In this document: positions 25,930 through 36,919 of the stretch, one piece after another | How the letters are laid out: each line of letters starts with the position of its first letter | Position numbering within the stretch: the stretch's first letter is position 1 | From: Trichosphaerium sp. ATCC 40318 | Taxonomy: Eukaryota > Protista > Tubulinea | Direction of reading: 5' to 3' | Length of the DNA stretch: 64,000 nucleotides | Assembly (NCBI GenBank): GCA_038496445.1 | Contig: JALMLS010000474.1 | Span: forward strand, 1 to 64,000 | The notes under the pieces: generated by a model | What the model saw: only the letters and a program-made list of their open reading frames with translations | The model's database searches: none | Told to the model about the DNA's origin: nothing | Translations under genes and position numbers: made by a program

Positions 25930-27684
25930 CTAGTATCGTAATATCTCAAATGCATCAGTTAATTCTTTGATACCTGTGTCACTTGCTATTGTTCCCCAGG
26001 ACAAGTGAATAGTATGTACACCTGAGAGCGCCTTTAACCCCTCCTTTGTTATTGATGAACATTCTAACAAACATATTTCATGCACACCAGCCAATGCCTT
26101 CAATCCTTCATCTGTTATTAATTCACATCCTGACAAGTAGATAGTGCGCACACCAGCCAACACCTTCAATCCTTCATCTGTTACAGACACACACTTGCTC
26201 AAAACAATATGATGTACACCTGCCAACGCCTTCAAGCCTTCATCTGTTATCAATTTACACCCACATAATCTAATAGTGTATACACCTACTAGTGCTTTCA
26301 AACCTTCATCTGATATCGGTTGACACCCATTCAAACTGATGGTGTGTACGCCTATCAACATCTTTAAACCTTCATCTGTTACGTTTGTAGATGACAAATT
26401 AATATCATGTACACCTTCCAATGCTGCAATGCCCTCATCTGTTATTGACTTACAACCATACAAGTTGATGGTATGTACGCCTGCCAATGCTTTCAAACCT
26501 TCGTCTGATATGTTTGTTTGTCTTAAATTGATTGTGTGTACACCAGCCAACGCCTTCAAACCTTCATCTGTTATCGATGAACACTTTTTCAAATCAATAG
26601 TGTGTACACCTGCCAAAGCCTTCAAACCTTCATCCGTTATTGAGGAACATAAACTCAATTTGATAGTGTGTACTCCTGCCAGTGTCTTCAAACCGTCATC
26701 TGTTACATTTATATATGTTAAATCAATCTTATGTACACCTGTCAATGCTTTGAAACTATTGCCTGATAATGATTCACAACCATACAACTCAATAGTATGT
26801 ACACCTGCCAACGGCTTCAAACCTTCATCTGATATAGATTCACAACCACACAACCTGATTATATTTACACCCGTCAATGCCTTCAAACCTTGATCTGTTA
26901 CCTTTGTATACGATAAGTCAATCTCATGCACACCTGCCAATGCTGCAATGCCCTCATCTGTTATTGATTTACAACCATACAACATTATTGTATGTGCACC
27001 TGCCAATGCTTTAATACCCTTATCTGTGATAAGTTTGCAACCACTTAGGCTGATAATGTGTACACCTGCCAAGGACTTGATACCCTTATCTGTAATAAGC
27101 TTACAAAAATACAGGTCAATAGTGTGCACACCCGCCAATGCCTTCAAACCTTCATCTGTTACGTTTACATGTGATAAGTCAATCTCATGTACGCCTGCCA
27201 ATGTCACAATACCATCATTTGTTATTAGTTCACAATCATTCAATCGGATGGTGTGTACACCTGCCAACGTCTTAATGCCCTCATCTGTTATTGATTGACA
27301 TCCACCCAAGCTGATAGTGTGTACTCCCGCTAGCACCTTCAAATATTCATCTGTTACCTTGGTATATGCCAGGTCAATACTATGTACACCTGTCAATGCC
27401 TTTATAGTGTCATTTGTAATTGATTTATAAAAGCGCATGTCAATGGTTGTATTCTGGAGCAAAGGACTGCCATAAAGCATCTTAACTTCGTTTTCTCTTT
27501 TAATATTGATAGAACCGTATCCAACGTGGTGGTGAACAACATCTCGCAAAAAGTGGCACGTTTGGGCTGTACGGAGTGCATGCATATTTGTCCCTTGTTT
27601 GAGAATATAGACTATTAATTCAATTGGTAAGGCAACCAAGTCGATTACGTTCTCAGTAGCTGTTTTTGAGTCTTTTCCTTCCAT
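25930..27684 (-). CDS. F-box-like + LRR protein (intronless)
   Basis: 584-aa ORF with LVALPIELIVYILK and more than 20 LAGVHTIxL repeats. Confidence 0.88.
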   Translation of the reverse strand: MEGKDSKTATENVIDLVALPIELIVYILKQGTNMHALRTAQTCHFLRDVVHHHVGYGSINIKRENEVKMLYGSPLLQNTTIDMRFYKSITNDTIKALTGVHSIDLAYTKVTDEYLKVLAGVHTISLGGCQSITDEGIKTLAGVHTIRLNDCELITNDGIVTLAGVHEIDLSHVNVTDEGLKALAGVHTIDLYFCKLITDKGIKSLAGVHIISLSGCKLITDKGIKALAGAHTIMLYGCKSITDEGIAALAGVHEIDLSYTKVTDQGLKALTGVNIIRLCGCESISDEGLKPLAGVHTIELYGCESLSGNSFKALTGVHKIDLTYINVTDDGLKTLAGVHTIKLSLCSSITDEGLKALAGVHTIDLKKCSSITDEGLKALAGVHTINLRQTNISDEGLKALAGVHTINLYGCKSITDEGIAALEGVHDINLSSTNVTDEGLKMLIGVHTISLNGCQPISDEGLKALVGVYTIRLCGCKLITDEGLKALAGVHHIVLSKCVSVTDEGLKVLAGVRTIYLSGCELITDEGLKALAGVHEICLLECSSITKEGLKALSGVHTIHLSWGTIASDTGIKELTDAFEILRY

Positions 27685-28029
27685 TTTACCACAATAATCG
27701 CTTGAAAGAACTTTATAGTGTAAATTAGTACTTGATTCAAACGCTGAATACCAGTAAATGTTTTGGTGAAGTAAAATGGCTTAAATGTGACGTATTCCCT
27801 GTATTAAGTTAACAGCAGCTTACAACAATAGTACGTGCTATTCTGTTTCCCTTACTATTACCCAAGATGTAAGGGAGAATTACAAGTGCTTCAAACCCGT
27901 TTTTGTAACAGACACGTGTCAAGTGGCACATTAAATGTTTCCTACAATTTCGATTGTGAGATTGTATTGTGTAAGGAAGTGGTCTTGACCGCCTTTGGCG
28001 TAGCTGTAAGCTAGACTTCCTTATAAATG

Positions 28030-28440
28030 GAACTGTTACAACAGCCTACACATTCATTTTTAATTATTAGTTGTTTGAGGAACAGATCAAGCGATGATAT
28101 AGTGAATACAGTTGAGACTCTAAAAGTATGGTTTTTAGAAACTTGCGGTGCTGGTTAAACTCAGTAAGTCATTTTTCATAACAGTTTTTAATATTTTTAG
28201 CTCTACACCTTTCCTGTAGCTGGTGGATCAACGCTACCTTCTCAACCACTAGCCCTTTTTAAAAGTGGTGAATGCAACAAAGTACCTATGATAGTCGGTA
28301 CAAATGAGTAAGTACAAACCATACATGTTGCCAACACTAAAATCAACTTTTCAAAGATACGAACCAAATCTTTCACACAATGAACTATAGCTAATTCTAT
28401 TTTAGATAATGGTAGAACTTACTATTGGATATATTCTTGG
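28030..28440 (+). pseudogene. Type-B carboxylesterase fragment
   Basis: Isolated exon 28201-28307, LYTFPVAGGSTLPSQPLALFKSGECNKVPMIVGTN, flanked by AG/GT; no complete gene around it. Confidence 0.55.
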
Positions 28441-29814
28441 CGTTATATTGTGTATGTCACAGGTTTTGGTTGTTGAACTTATTCATGAATACCTTGCAGA
28501 ATCCCTCGAGGACTAATGCAATCAGAGATGAAAGTTCCTAATGAGGATATGAACTAGTCAACAATCACCATTCACAAGTACCTGTCCGCACTAATCGGCG
28601 TTGCTCTGGTAGACAGGTTTGGCTTAATTACTTTCTTAAATTGGATATCAATCTCAGAGTTAGAAGTAGTGAGTAAAGAATAATATCCTTGCTAGGGATA
28701 CGGGCTACCTATGTTCACAAACCATCTCAACAAGGCGTCCCTTGATTTCGTTTTTTTTATCAATCACTTTGTGCGTAGACTACGTATTGCTTGATTACTG
28801 CCCTTATAGAACTACCATTGCCAGTATCGCTCTGCGGCAAAAATCCTGAATATTGTGCGAGTTATCATTTAGAGTGTTATGTCTGTATATTCTACTGGAA
28901 TTCCAGGCGTTTGAAGAAACTAGCTGACCAACCATAATCTGACATTACCGCACCCGGCACGCACAGATCAACAGATGGCAAGCAACAATCATCCCACTTC
29001 CCGCCCTTGAAAAAGGAACTTTTTCTGATCCAAAAAATCTGCATTTATTGAAAACTGAATTTGTGGATCATTTTTTGCATAAATAGCACGTGTACAAGAT
29101 ATAAATCCTTACTCGTGTGTTGCGTTTGAGCCACCGAGACGTTAGTCTTCCTCCAAACCTGTCTTGTTGCTTACTCTGTCTCTTGTTGGTTCTAACCTAG
29201 ATTGTCGTCTAACAAAGAAAACTCGCTGTTTTCAGCTTTTTTGCCTCTCGCTCAAACGCTCCTGAAACGCGTTCAAGTAGTCAAACTTGGCTCTTCTACG
29301 CATGCAAAGCCCGTACAGAGGCGAAACGTTTAATTGGAAGTCTACATGTTGTTTTTTATTATTGCTTTCAGTGGCGTAAAAATCAACCCGTCAACAGTAA
29401 CAAGAGACTCGTTAGAGCCTAGAAAGAGCACTTAGAACGCTAACAGGTCAATATATGAATTACTGAATATATAAAGGAATTCATTCGTATTTTGCCTTAC
29501 AGTAAACGGTACAAGCAACAATGACGAAAAAAACGCCTACAGTCTAAAATTATGTGTAGTTTTCGTTTTTCCTAATTTAGAATATGTCTCCCAAATATAA
29601 TTGGTTGGAACTTCTTTACCTGGTAACAGATTAGTGAAAAAAACAACTAGTATAACATAATACAGTTTCAAAACAACTAATAACGCGGTATCGGAGTGAG
29701 CAAACTTTAGGAACTACTACAATGTACAAAAAAGGAAACAACCTTTCCTTTTTGAGTAGGCTTTAAGCAAATACATACACAAACACCCCACAACTACTGC
29801 ACCTCCGTAGTACA

Positions 29815-31170
29815 ATGTCACAACTCACTCTAGTGCTCGTTGCACTATTAGCATTTCTTGCTATCGAAACAAACGCACACAGCTACTTGTTCGAACCTAG
29901 GACTACTTCTGGTTGGAACGGTGTTAAAGGCTGCCGTGTACACCGCTACAAAACACCATACAAAGGCTTGAAATACCTCAATTGTCCAGGTCCTTGTGAC
30001 GACTTTATTGTTTCTTCTCGTACAAACTACGAGAAAGAAGCCGATACAAGCACTGCTGCAACTTACAAACGAGGAGAAAAACTACCTTTAAAATGGACAA
30101 AAAATAACCACCAAGGACATGGATACGTTCGATTATCTCTTGTCCCGTTCGAAGACTATCTAAAGAGAAGCCCATCAAACTACAAAAACCTTGCTAAGCA
30201 ATTCAACAACAACGCTTTCCACTACGAATGTTGGGGAGCTAAACAAGTCAGCTGTAATCCGGGCAAAAAGGCTACTATTGCATGTGGTTCTGACACAAAA
30301 GGTGTTTATTACCAGTCTGAATCCCGCATACCTACAGTTGTACCTGATGGTAAATACGCTCTTCAATGGACATGGTTCGGAGGTACTGGTGATGTAATCA
30401 GCGACTACTACAGTTGCTCTATTATCAGAATATCTGGAGGTCCAATGGAAACAAAATACCAGATCTCTGCCAAGAAATGTCAAACGACGAATGGTGTACT
30501 CGGTACTTGTGCTGTTATGCCTTGTTCTACCTCATGGAGACACTTATCAAGCGGCGGAAGCGAAATATATCCAGAAGAGTGGACCAGACGATCTGATAAA
30601 TTCGTTTACCCAGCGAACTTCGGCGGTAGTGCTCAATCTCCACCTCCTCCAAGAAACACCAATCCACCTCCTCCACAAAGAACCAACCCTCCTCATCCAC
30701 AAAGAACCAACACTCCTCCACCACCACAAAGAACCAATCCTCCTCCACCTCCAACGAATGGAGTTAAATGTTTAGATTCATTAGCACTTCGAAAAAGCAA
30801 CTATTGGAGTACGTCCTTTTTTTTTTTTTCAAGCAATCTTTCCTTTACTAACAGTTTTTTTGTAGGCAATGGAAGAGCCACATCTATAATTACTACAATT
30901 AAAACAGCTAGAGGTGTACGCCTTGACGAAGTAGTGATCAACTTTGAGTTCAGCGGATCTGTACAATCCGTTTTTGATAATCAGATTTGGCCAAGCAATA
31001 CAAAAGTCAAAAAGGTATCCACTAAAGTTATGCAAATGACAGTACAAGGAAATACAAACTGGCCTGGTTTCAACCTCCTGAGCAATGGCCGTAACAACAA
31101 AGTCGTCAAGACAATTGTTGTACGCGGTACAACACGTGATGGTAAGCAATGTAGAAGACAAACATTGTAA
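29815..31170 (+). CDS. Secreted LPMO-like (His-brace) protein with Pro-rich linker and C-terminal beta domain
   Basis: Signal peptide ends ...ETNA|HSYL (His1); NNHQG, YALQWTW, DYYSCS; TNPPPPQR repeats; probable in-frame 57-nt intron at 30809-30865. Confidence 0.65.
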   Translation: MSQLTLVLVALLAFLAIETNAHSYLFEPRTTSGWNGVKGCRVHRYKTPYKGLKYLNCPGPCDDFIVSSRTNYEKEADTSTAATYKRGEKLPLKWTKNNHQGHGYVRLSLVPFEDYLKRSPSNYKNLAKQFNNNAFHYECWGAKQVSCNPGKKATIACGSDTKGVYYQSESRIPTVVPDGKYALQWTWFGGTGDVISDYYSCSIIRISGGPMETKYQISAKKCQTTNGVLGTCAVMPCSTSWRHLSSGGSEIYPEEWTRRSDKFVYPANFGGSAQSPPPPRNTNPPPPQRTNPPHPQRTNTPPPPQRTNPPPPPTNGVKCLDSLALRKSNYWSTSFFFFSSNLSFTNSFFVGNGRATSIITTIKTARGVRLDEVVINFEFSGSVQSVFDNQIWPSNTKVKKVSTKVMQMTVQGNTNWPGFNLLSNGRNNKVVKTIVVRGTTRDGKQCRRQTL

Positions 31171-31447
31171 AAATGTCAGTAAATAAACAAAAGTACTTGT
31201 CATCGATTTGTTTATTCTCGCTGTTTCTGTAGTCAACACGTTCCACCAATGATTTCCTTCTTCTGAGTTCCTATGCACACAGTCCTGAGGGTGCGAAGTT
31301 TTACCTTATCGCTAGGCCTCTGCAACAAAGCCAATAAGATGTCTGCTACGCTTCATCCAACGCTTCTGGTCGATTTATTTGGAAACCAGTACTTGCCTTA
31401 AATACGACGTTAAGACGGGTCAAAGCAAACAGAAAAAGAAAAACAAA

Positions 31448-32149
31448 ATGTCTTCGAACAGGTTTATGAAGGTAATACTACTAGGTGATTCTGGTGTAGG
31501 TAAAACCAGGCTCCTCATGCAGTTTACAAACGAAACATTTACAAAATCAAATGAAGGATCGATGTATCCTGATTTTAAGATGAGAAACTTGAAGCTACCA
31601 GATGATAGTTACGTAAGAATACAAGTATGGGATACTTCAGGACAAGAAAAGTTTCACCGTTTAGCACGTTCTTTCTATAATGGACCACACTGTTGTATAC
31701 TTGTTTATGATATTTGTAACGCTAATTCTTTCCACTCTTTAAAAAAATGGAGAAGTTCTTTTCTTGATAAAGCGACGCATATAAACAAGGATACATTCCC
31801 TTTTATTGTTGTTGGTAATAAACTAGATAAAAAAAGCTTAAGAGTAATAACACGTGATGAGGCTATCACGTGGTGTAGAGATAATGGAGATTTACACTAT
31901 TTCGAGACATCAGCTGCTAAAGATGAAGATGTTGATGCTGTTTTTGACTTTATCTCTCAAATGCCTGTTCAAGAGGTTTACGTTGATGAAGAGGATATGG
32001 AAACGAAGAACTCGTCCTCTACTGGTTCTATCACAACGCGCACTGGTGGAACATCACATGTGATATTATCTGATGCGACAACTGATTCTGAGACGGCGCT
32101 ACTATTACCACCTAAAAAAAAGTCGAAAAAAAAAGGATGTTGTTGTTAA
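31448..32149 (+). CDS. Divergent Rab7-like small GTPase (intronless)
   Basis: GDSGVGKT, WDTSGQE, FPFIVVGNKLD, YFETSAA and a C-terminal GCCC prenylation motif. Confidence 0.85.
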   Translation: MSSNRFMKVILLGDSGVGKTRLLMQFTNETFTKSNEGSMYPDFKMRNLKLPDDSYVRIQVWDTSGQEKFHRLARSFYNGPHCCILVYDICNANSFHSLKKWRSSFLDKATHINKDTFPFIVVGNKLDKKSLRVITRDEAITWCRDNGDLHYFETSAAKDEDVDAVFDFISQMPVQEVYVDEEDMETKNSSSTGSITTRTGGTSHVILSDATTDSETALLLPPKKKSKKKGCCC

Positions 32150-32683
32150 ACATCATCGTCGTTTTCGTATTACTAGGCACGTACTGCCTGCAAAAAAAAC
32201 ATAAATGGAACAGTAGTAATAAAATGAATGGATCCACAAAACGGTTTTAAGCAAATCAAACAAGTTCTGTTTCATTTTGTTTTCATTATTAAATCACGTG
32301 ATGAGGAGCGACAGTACATTCCTTCAAAAATATACTAACCGTTTACTTTCCAATGCCATTCATGTAAGCACAACCGTGGCGTTAGCAACCGCAAGAGAGA
32401 AGCTCGAGAAAACGAAAGTGAATAGTTAATTTGTGCAGCAGGTTGTACATTACACTAAAGCATTCACAAGTTCTTAGAGAATTTTTTGCTAAGTAGTTGA
32501 TTATTTTAAAATAATTCAATTTCACATCACAGCTTAATCTCACCAAACCAAAAGTTATATATGTTGTGGCATATATATACAAGTTTATAGGACTCGACTA
32601 TCAAACACTTCTGAATAGGACAAAGATAGTAATTGTACAAATATAGACTTTTATTGTAAAAAAAATGTAGTTTTTTTCTTTAT

Positions 32684-35520
32684 TTACGGAATATACTCCT
32701 TTTGTCCATCCTCAATCGGCTCATCTTGTGCTAGGTGTATAACTAGTTCCCCTAGAGCGTATTCTACGTTTTGGATTTCTTCTTTGTTTGTCTCTCTTAG
32801 TATTCCATCCATCTTTTTTTGTTGGTTTGGGACTGTTATAGCTGAGTTGTATCCTCTTGTCCTCAAGCACCAACTCAGAACCATAACGCATGGCTACCGT
32901 CACAGGCAAAAATCGGATAGGATCACGTCTACAACCCCCACAATTGTGGTTACATGTTCTGTTTGGGCCTTTAGGATCACAACTATATTTAACAGAAAAT
33001 TAGTACTCACATTTGTTTTTTGCTAACGCACGTGTGTTCACAGTCATCAAAACCATTTTCTGGTATGCCATAGCTAAATTGAAATGCATTTCGCATAAAT
33101 GTATCACCAATAGGTTCAGCTGGTTCGAGAACAGGAAAATCATTCACCATGGCTTCTAACATGTACGTATTTTTGAGAGTACGACAAGCATATGCAAGGT
33201 GCGACAGTTCACTCAGTACAAAGAAATTTCGTATGTACTTATTTTGTAGCTTTTTAGAGCTTGCTGCGGAACCATCAGCTCTGTTGTGAGCACGAAGTGG
33301 TGCCAAAAACCGCCATATAATATTGGCTCCTGGATCACGTGTTTTTAAGCGCTGTTGAATATTGGCAACAACAGCATGTATAGGGTATGTTTTAAAATGT
33401 TTGCCACATCCATCTGACCTGTAAAGGGTTAGTTGCTGAATAAAGAGAAAATGAAACAACAAAAAAGGTACGTGCCATAGAATAATTTCTTTGAACAGGT
33501 CAAAGAACTTATGTTGGTATAGAAGCTCTAGAACCCACTGTACATAGTCAGCAGTTTGTTTTACCTTTTTATTCTTTTGTTCTTTTTTAACAGTGAAGTG
33601 TAAGTATGTAACACAAGGTTTGTATGTTGAGCGGTTAATAGATGGAATACTTTTCAATTGTGGAGTTGGTTTAGCGTCTTGTTTAAGCTTTTGTGTGTGT
33701 GACATTCGTCGTTTCTTAGGGTTTTTTGCTTGATCTCTTTCCATCTCTTTCTTAGTGCATCTTTTTCTTTTCTTTTTTTGAGGTTTGTATTTGATGTTGA
33801 TGGTGGTTTTGTAGGTGACACCATATACTTCTTCAATGTTTCTGGCAATTCTATTTTGTTCTTCGTTGCTAAAACCAAGACAAGGATAATGTAGTTAGTT
33901 TCCATGTTAGTTTGAGAAGCTGTAAAATCTAGCGTGATAACACCTCTATCAGGTTTTGCTTCAAGATCAAGGTGATCCTTTACATACTCATATATCCTAG
34001 CACGTGCAAACTCATCTATTGTTTTTAGGTTGGCTATTTCTTTTCGTAGCTTTTGTAGACTTTCCTCAGGTATGCCACTAGTCACCTTTTCATTCAACTC
34101 TGTTACCTTTTCTTGAAGCTTAATAGCTTCCTTAGATTCAAATTTATTACCCTCTCTGACTTGAATTTGTTCGGCATCTACAAAACGCTCAAACACTGGC
34201 CTGCTCACTGTGTCAAGACCTTGTTCTTCTGCCCATGCACAATATGTTAGATACATTGCTTCTTTTGTGCCTCTAAAACGCCGATTTGTACTACCTAAAT
34301 GGTTTTGTTAATAAACACATTTTTATTTTAGCCAAAATTGGTGGACTATTTCAACGTGTACTTACCCGATGGAACAACACAATTCATCTCAAGCCATTCC
34401 AAAATTGTATTCCCCTTATTTCCTAGTTTGTCCCTTCTGAACCCAAGGTCTCGTAGAAAGTAATCAAGAGGTGGACAGCTTCTAATATTTTGTCTGGCTT
34501 TGTTTACTGCTTGAGTTGTTTGGCTGATCATCTTAGCTGTATTCTCTGATATAATCAGCACCAAAAGGTAGTCACAATTACGTACTATCATCAATGCCAT
34601 CAAAGAAGGAGAGCAATGCACTTTTACGAACTGGTGAGTTCTTTGAAAGAATTTTATTCCTCAGTGCCTTTGTTGGTGATTGAGATGGATCTGAATACCT
34701 TTTTCTATATGCATTAACCAGCTTTGGATCTCTTTGAGCAAGTAGATGGTCAACATAAGTTATTATTTCTTGTGTAAAGCATCCAATTTTCTACGAAAAA
34801 ATTAGTTGTTTGGATTTTTATGTAAAAAGTGTCAATACCTTTTGCGTTGCTGATGTGTCCGCAGTGCTTCAAATTGTACTACAGGTCTACCTGGGTTACG
34901 CTAAATGCTAAATAAGAATGACATTTTGGCGCTTTTTTTTAGTTGATTGGCGAAAAACTTGAAACCAGAGGCCCCACCGCCAAGGCCTGCTTTGAAAAGT
35001 TGTACACACGTGTAATTAAGCCACAGCTTTGTATACGCAGCTTCAAAAAAGCAGGCGGTTTCGGTCTACCATACCTTTAGCTCATTTGCATTTTTTTTTC
35101 GGCATGTATTGCAAGCAAAGCTGCCCGTAGCGTTTTCTACGCGTGCTAAAACGCATGGCGAGTATCCAATGAAGTATTCACCTTCTATTTTGTTTAACCT
35201 GTTTTCTCCTGACTCCCTATGCTTTTTTTTATCGCAGCACACGCAAATAAACCAAATCCTTTCACTTGGATTGCGTTGCATCTGTTGTTGACCAGTAATA
35301 TGCAAAACTTTCCAAAACCAGAAAAAAACTCGTCAAAAATAGTATTTAATTTTTTTACGCATTTGAGGTACACTTTAACCACAGAAACTTTCTGTGCATG
35401 TTTTACACGCATAAATCGTTCCATTGAGAGGTATCAACTGCTTAGCAAAAAGTTCTCTACTCTCCAGTAGTGCATCACCCAGTACAGTAACAACCGTGCA
35501 GTTGATGGATTTAAATTGTA
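32684..35520 (-). mobile_element. Intron-containing Sola-like (Sola2-type) DDD transposase, frameshifted, no TIRs found
   Basis: ITLDFT, spliced IILW|SDGCGKHFK and FLAPLRAHNRADG match the DF...SDGxxxxFK...HxxxDG triad pattern; Cys-rich N- and C-terminal parts; frameshifts at poly-A runs near 33775 and 32818. Confidence 0.6.
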
Positions 35521-35569
35521 CTTAACTGACTTGGACAGTTCAGCAAAAAAAAAGTAGGACGTGGCAGCT

Positions 35570-36573
35570 ATGGTTTCCTCCACGCTTGTTTTTGTGCTTG
35601 TATTGTTGGCGATACTCATAGAAGGTACTTTAGCAAAGCTGAGTGTACTAGGTTGTTTTTAATTTGGATAGTATGCGCTGCTGATGATTTAACGTATGAA
35701 TATGGCGACAGAATGTTTAAAAAGTGTAAACAACGCGGTAGAAGAATGAAAAAAGGTAAATTGTGCGTTAAACGTACCAAATACGCGTTTATACTATTAC
35801 AGGATTATGTGCATCCCTTCAGGACATGGTTGAAGAGACTTTTGATGGAACCGTACGTTAAACTTAAACAGCCAATCAATGCGTGTTATTTATCACTACA
35901 AAGGGTACCCAACTAGCCGTTGCGTTTGGTAAAGCAATTTCTGATGGCCAAATTATTCATGATGCAAACCCAGGGTGGCTAAAGTCAGGCGTACGCATTT
36001 TTTTATCAATAATAGCACGTTAAACGCCTCAAATCGATAAAAAAACGAACTTTTTTTCGAACTCTTGTTTCTGGTCTCTAGCCAATTTAATGCCTTCGTA
36101 TTGCGTTAATCGTATACTTGCATTAGAGTCGCATGTTGGAGGATGTCTTAGACTGGATAGAAACCAACAAGGAAACAGATATCGGCAAAATCAAAGAACA
36201 GTTTCATTCAAAGTTTTTTAAATGGTACCACAGTCATTTTCTACGCTCATTCTAGCGATAAAGAAGGTTTTCAGCTGACACTTTTTTTTTTTGAAGGTGG
36301 GCCGATTTACTAAAGAATGAGCCTCCTCCAATATCTCCAGAGGACATATTCGGTAAAGATGGTACGTAATCTAGAGTATTATTGTAGTATGATGCTGATT
36401 GAATGAAAAAAAAAGGAAAAGTCAACATTGGACCTGATGGTAACTTACAACTTGATGAAGGTACGTTCTATACCATTATATTGATTATATATATCCATAT
36501 CTAACGTATCCTAGCAACAAAACAAAAATTAAAGGCAATGGCGGAGGCCAAAAAGAAAAAAGACGAATTGTAG
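35570..36573 (+). CDS. Small ER-resident protein (signal peptide, C-terminal KDEL)
   Basis: MVSSTLVFVLVLLAILIE...; 8 short exons splice in frame to ...EAKKKKDEL*. Confidence 0.75.
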
Positions 36574-36919
36574 GCTAAACTGCTGCGTTGACTCAATAAA
36601 AATTACAGAAACACTAAAGGCCAGTTCTGGTTCGCTGTATTTATTCTTTTAATTATTGTGAAACTACAAAAAGTCAATACGTCGGAGAATTTCTGCCATA
36701 AAAAGGTTGAACTTTATCTAACTCCGGTGTTACTTATCTAGTACTGTAGGCTAACTAAATGAGAGTTTTATAAGCACCAAAAGAAGTGCAGTAATGTAAC
36801 ACACGTTGTGTATTATGACACGATACCTTAAATTCATCGAACACTTAATGAATTTTTGTTCTTTTTCTTCACAGTACGGTTGTTTCTTTTCGTCTTCGGA
36901 GCTCATTAAAAGCCAATAG

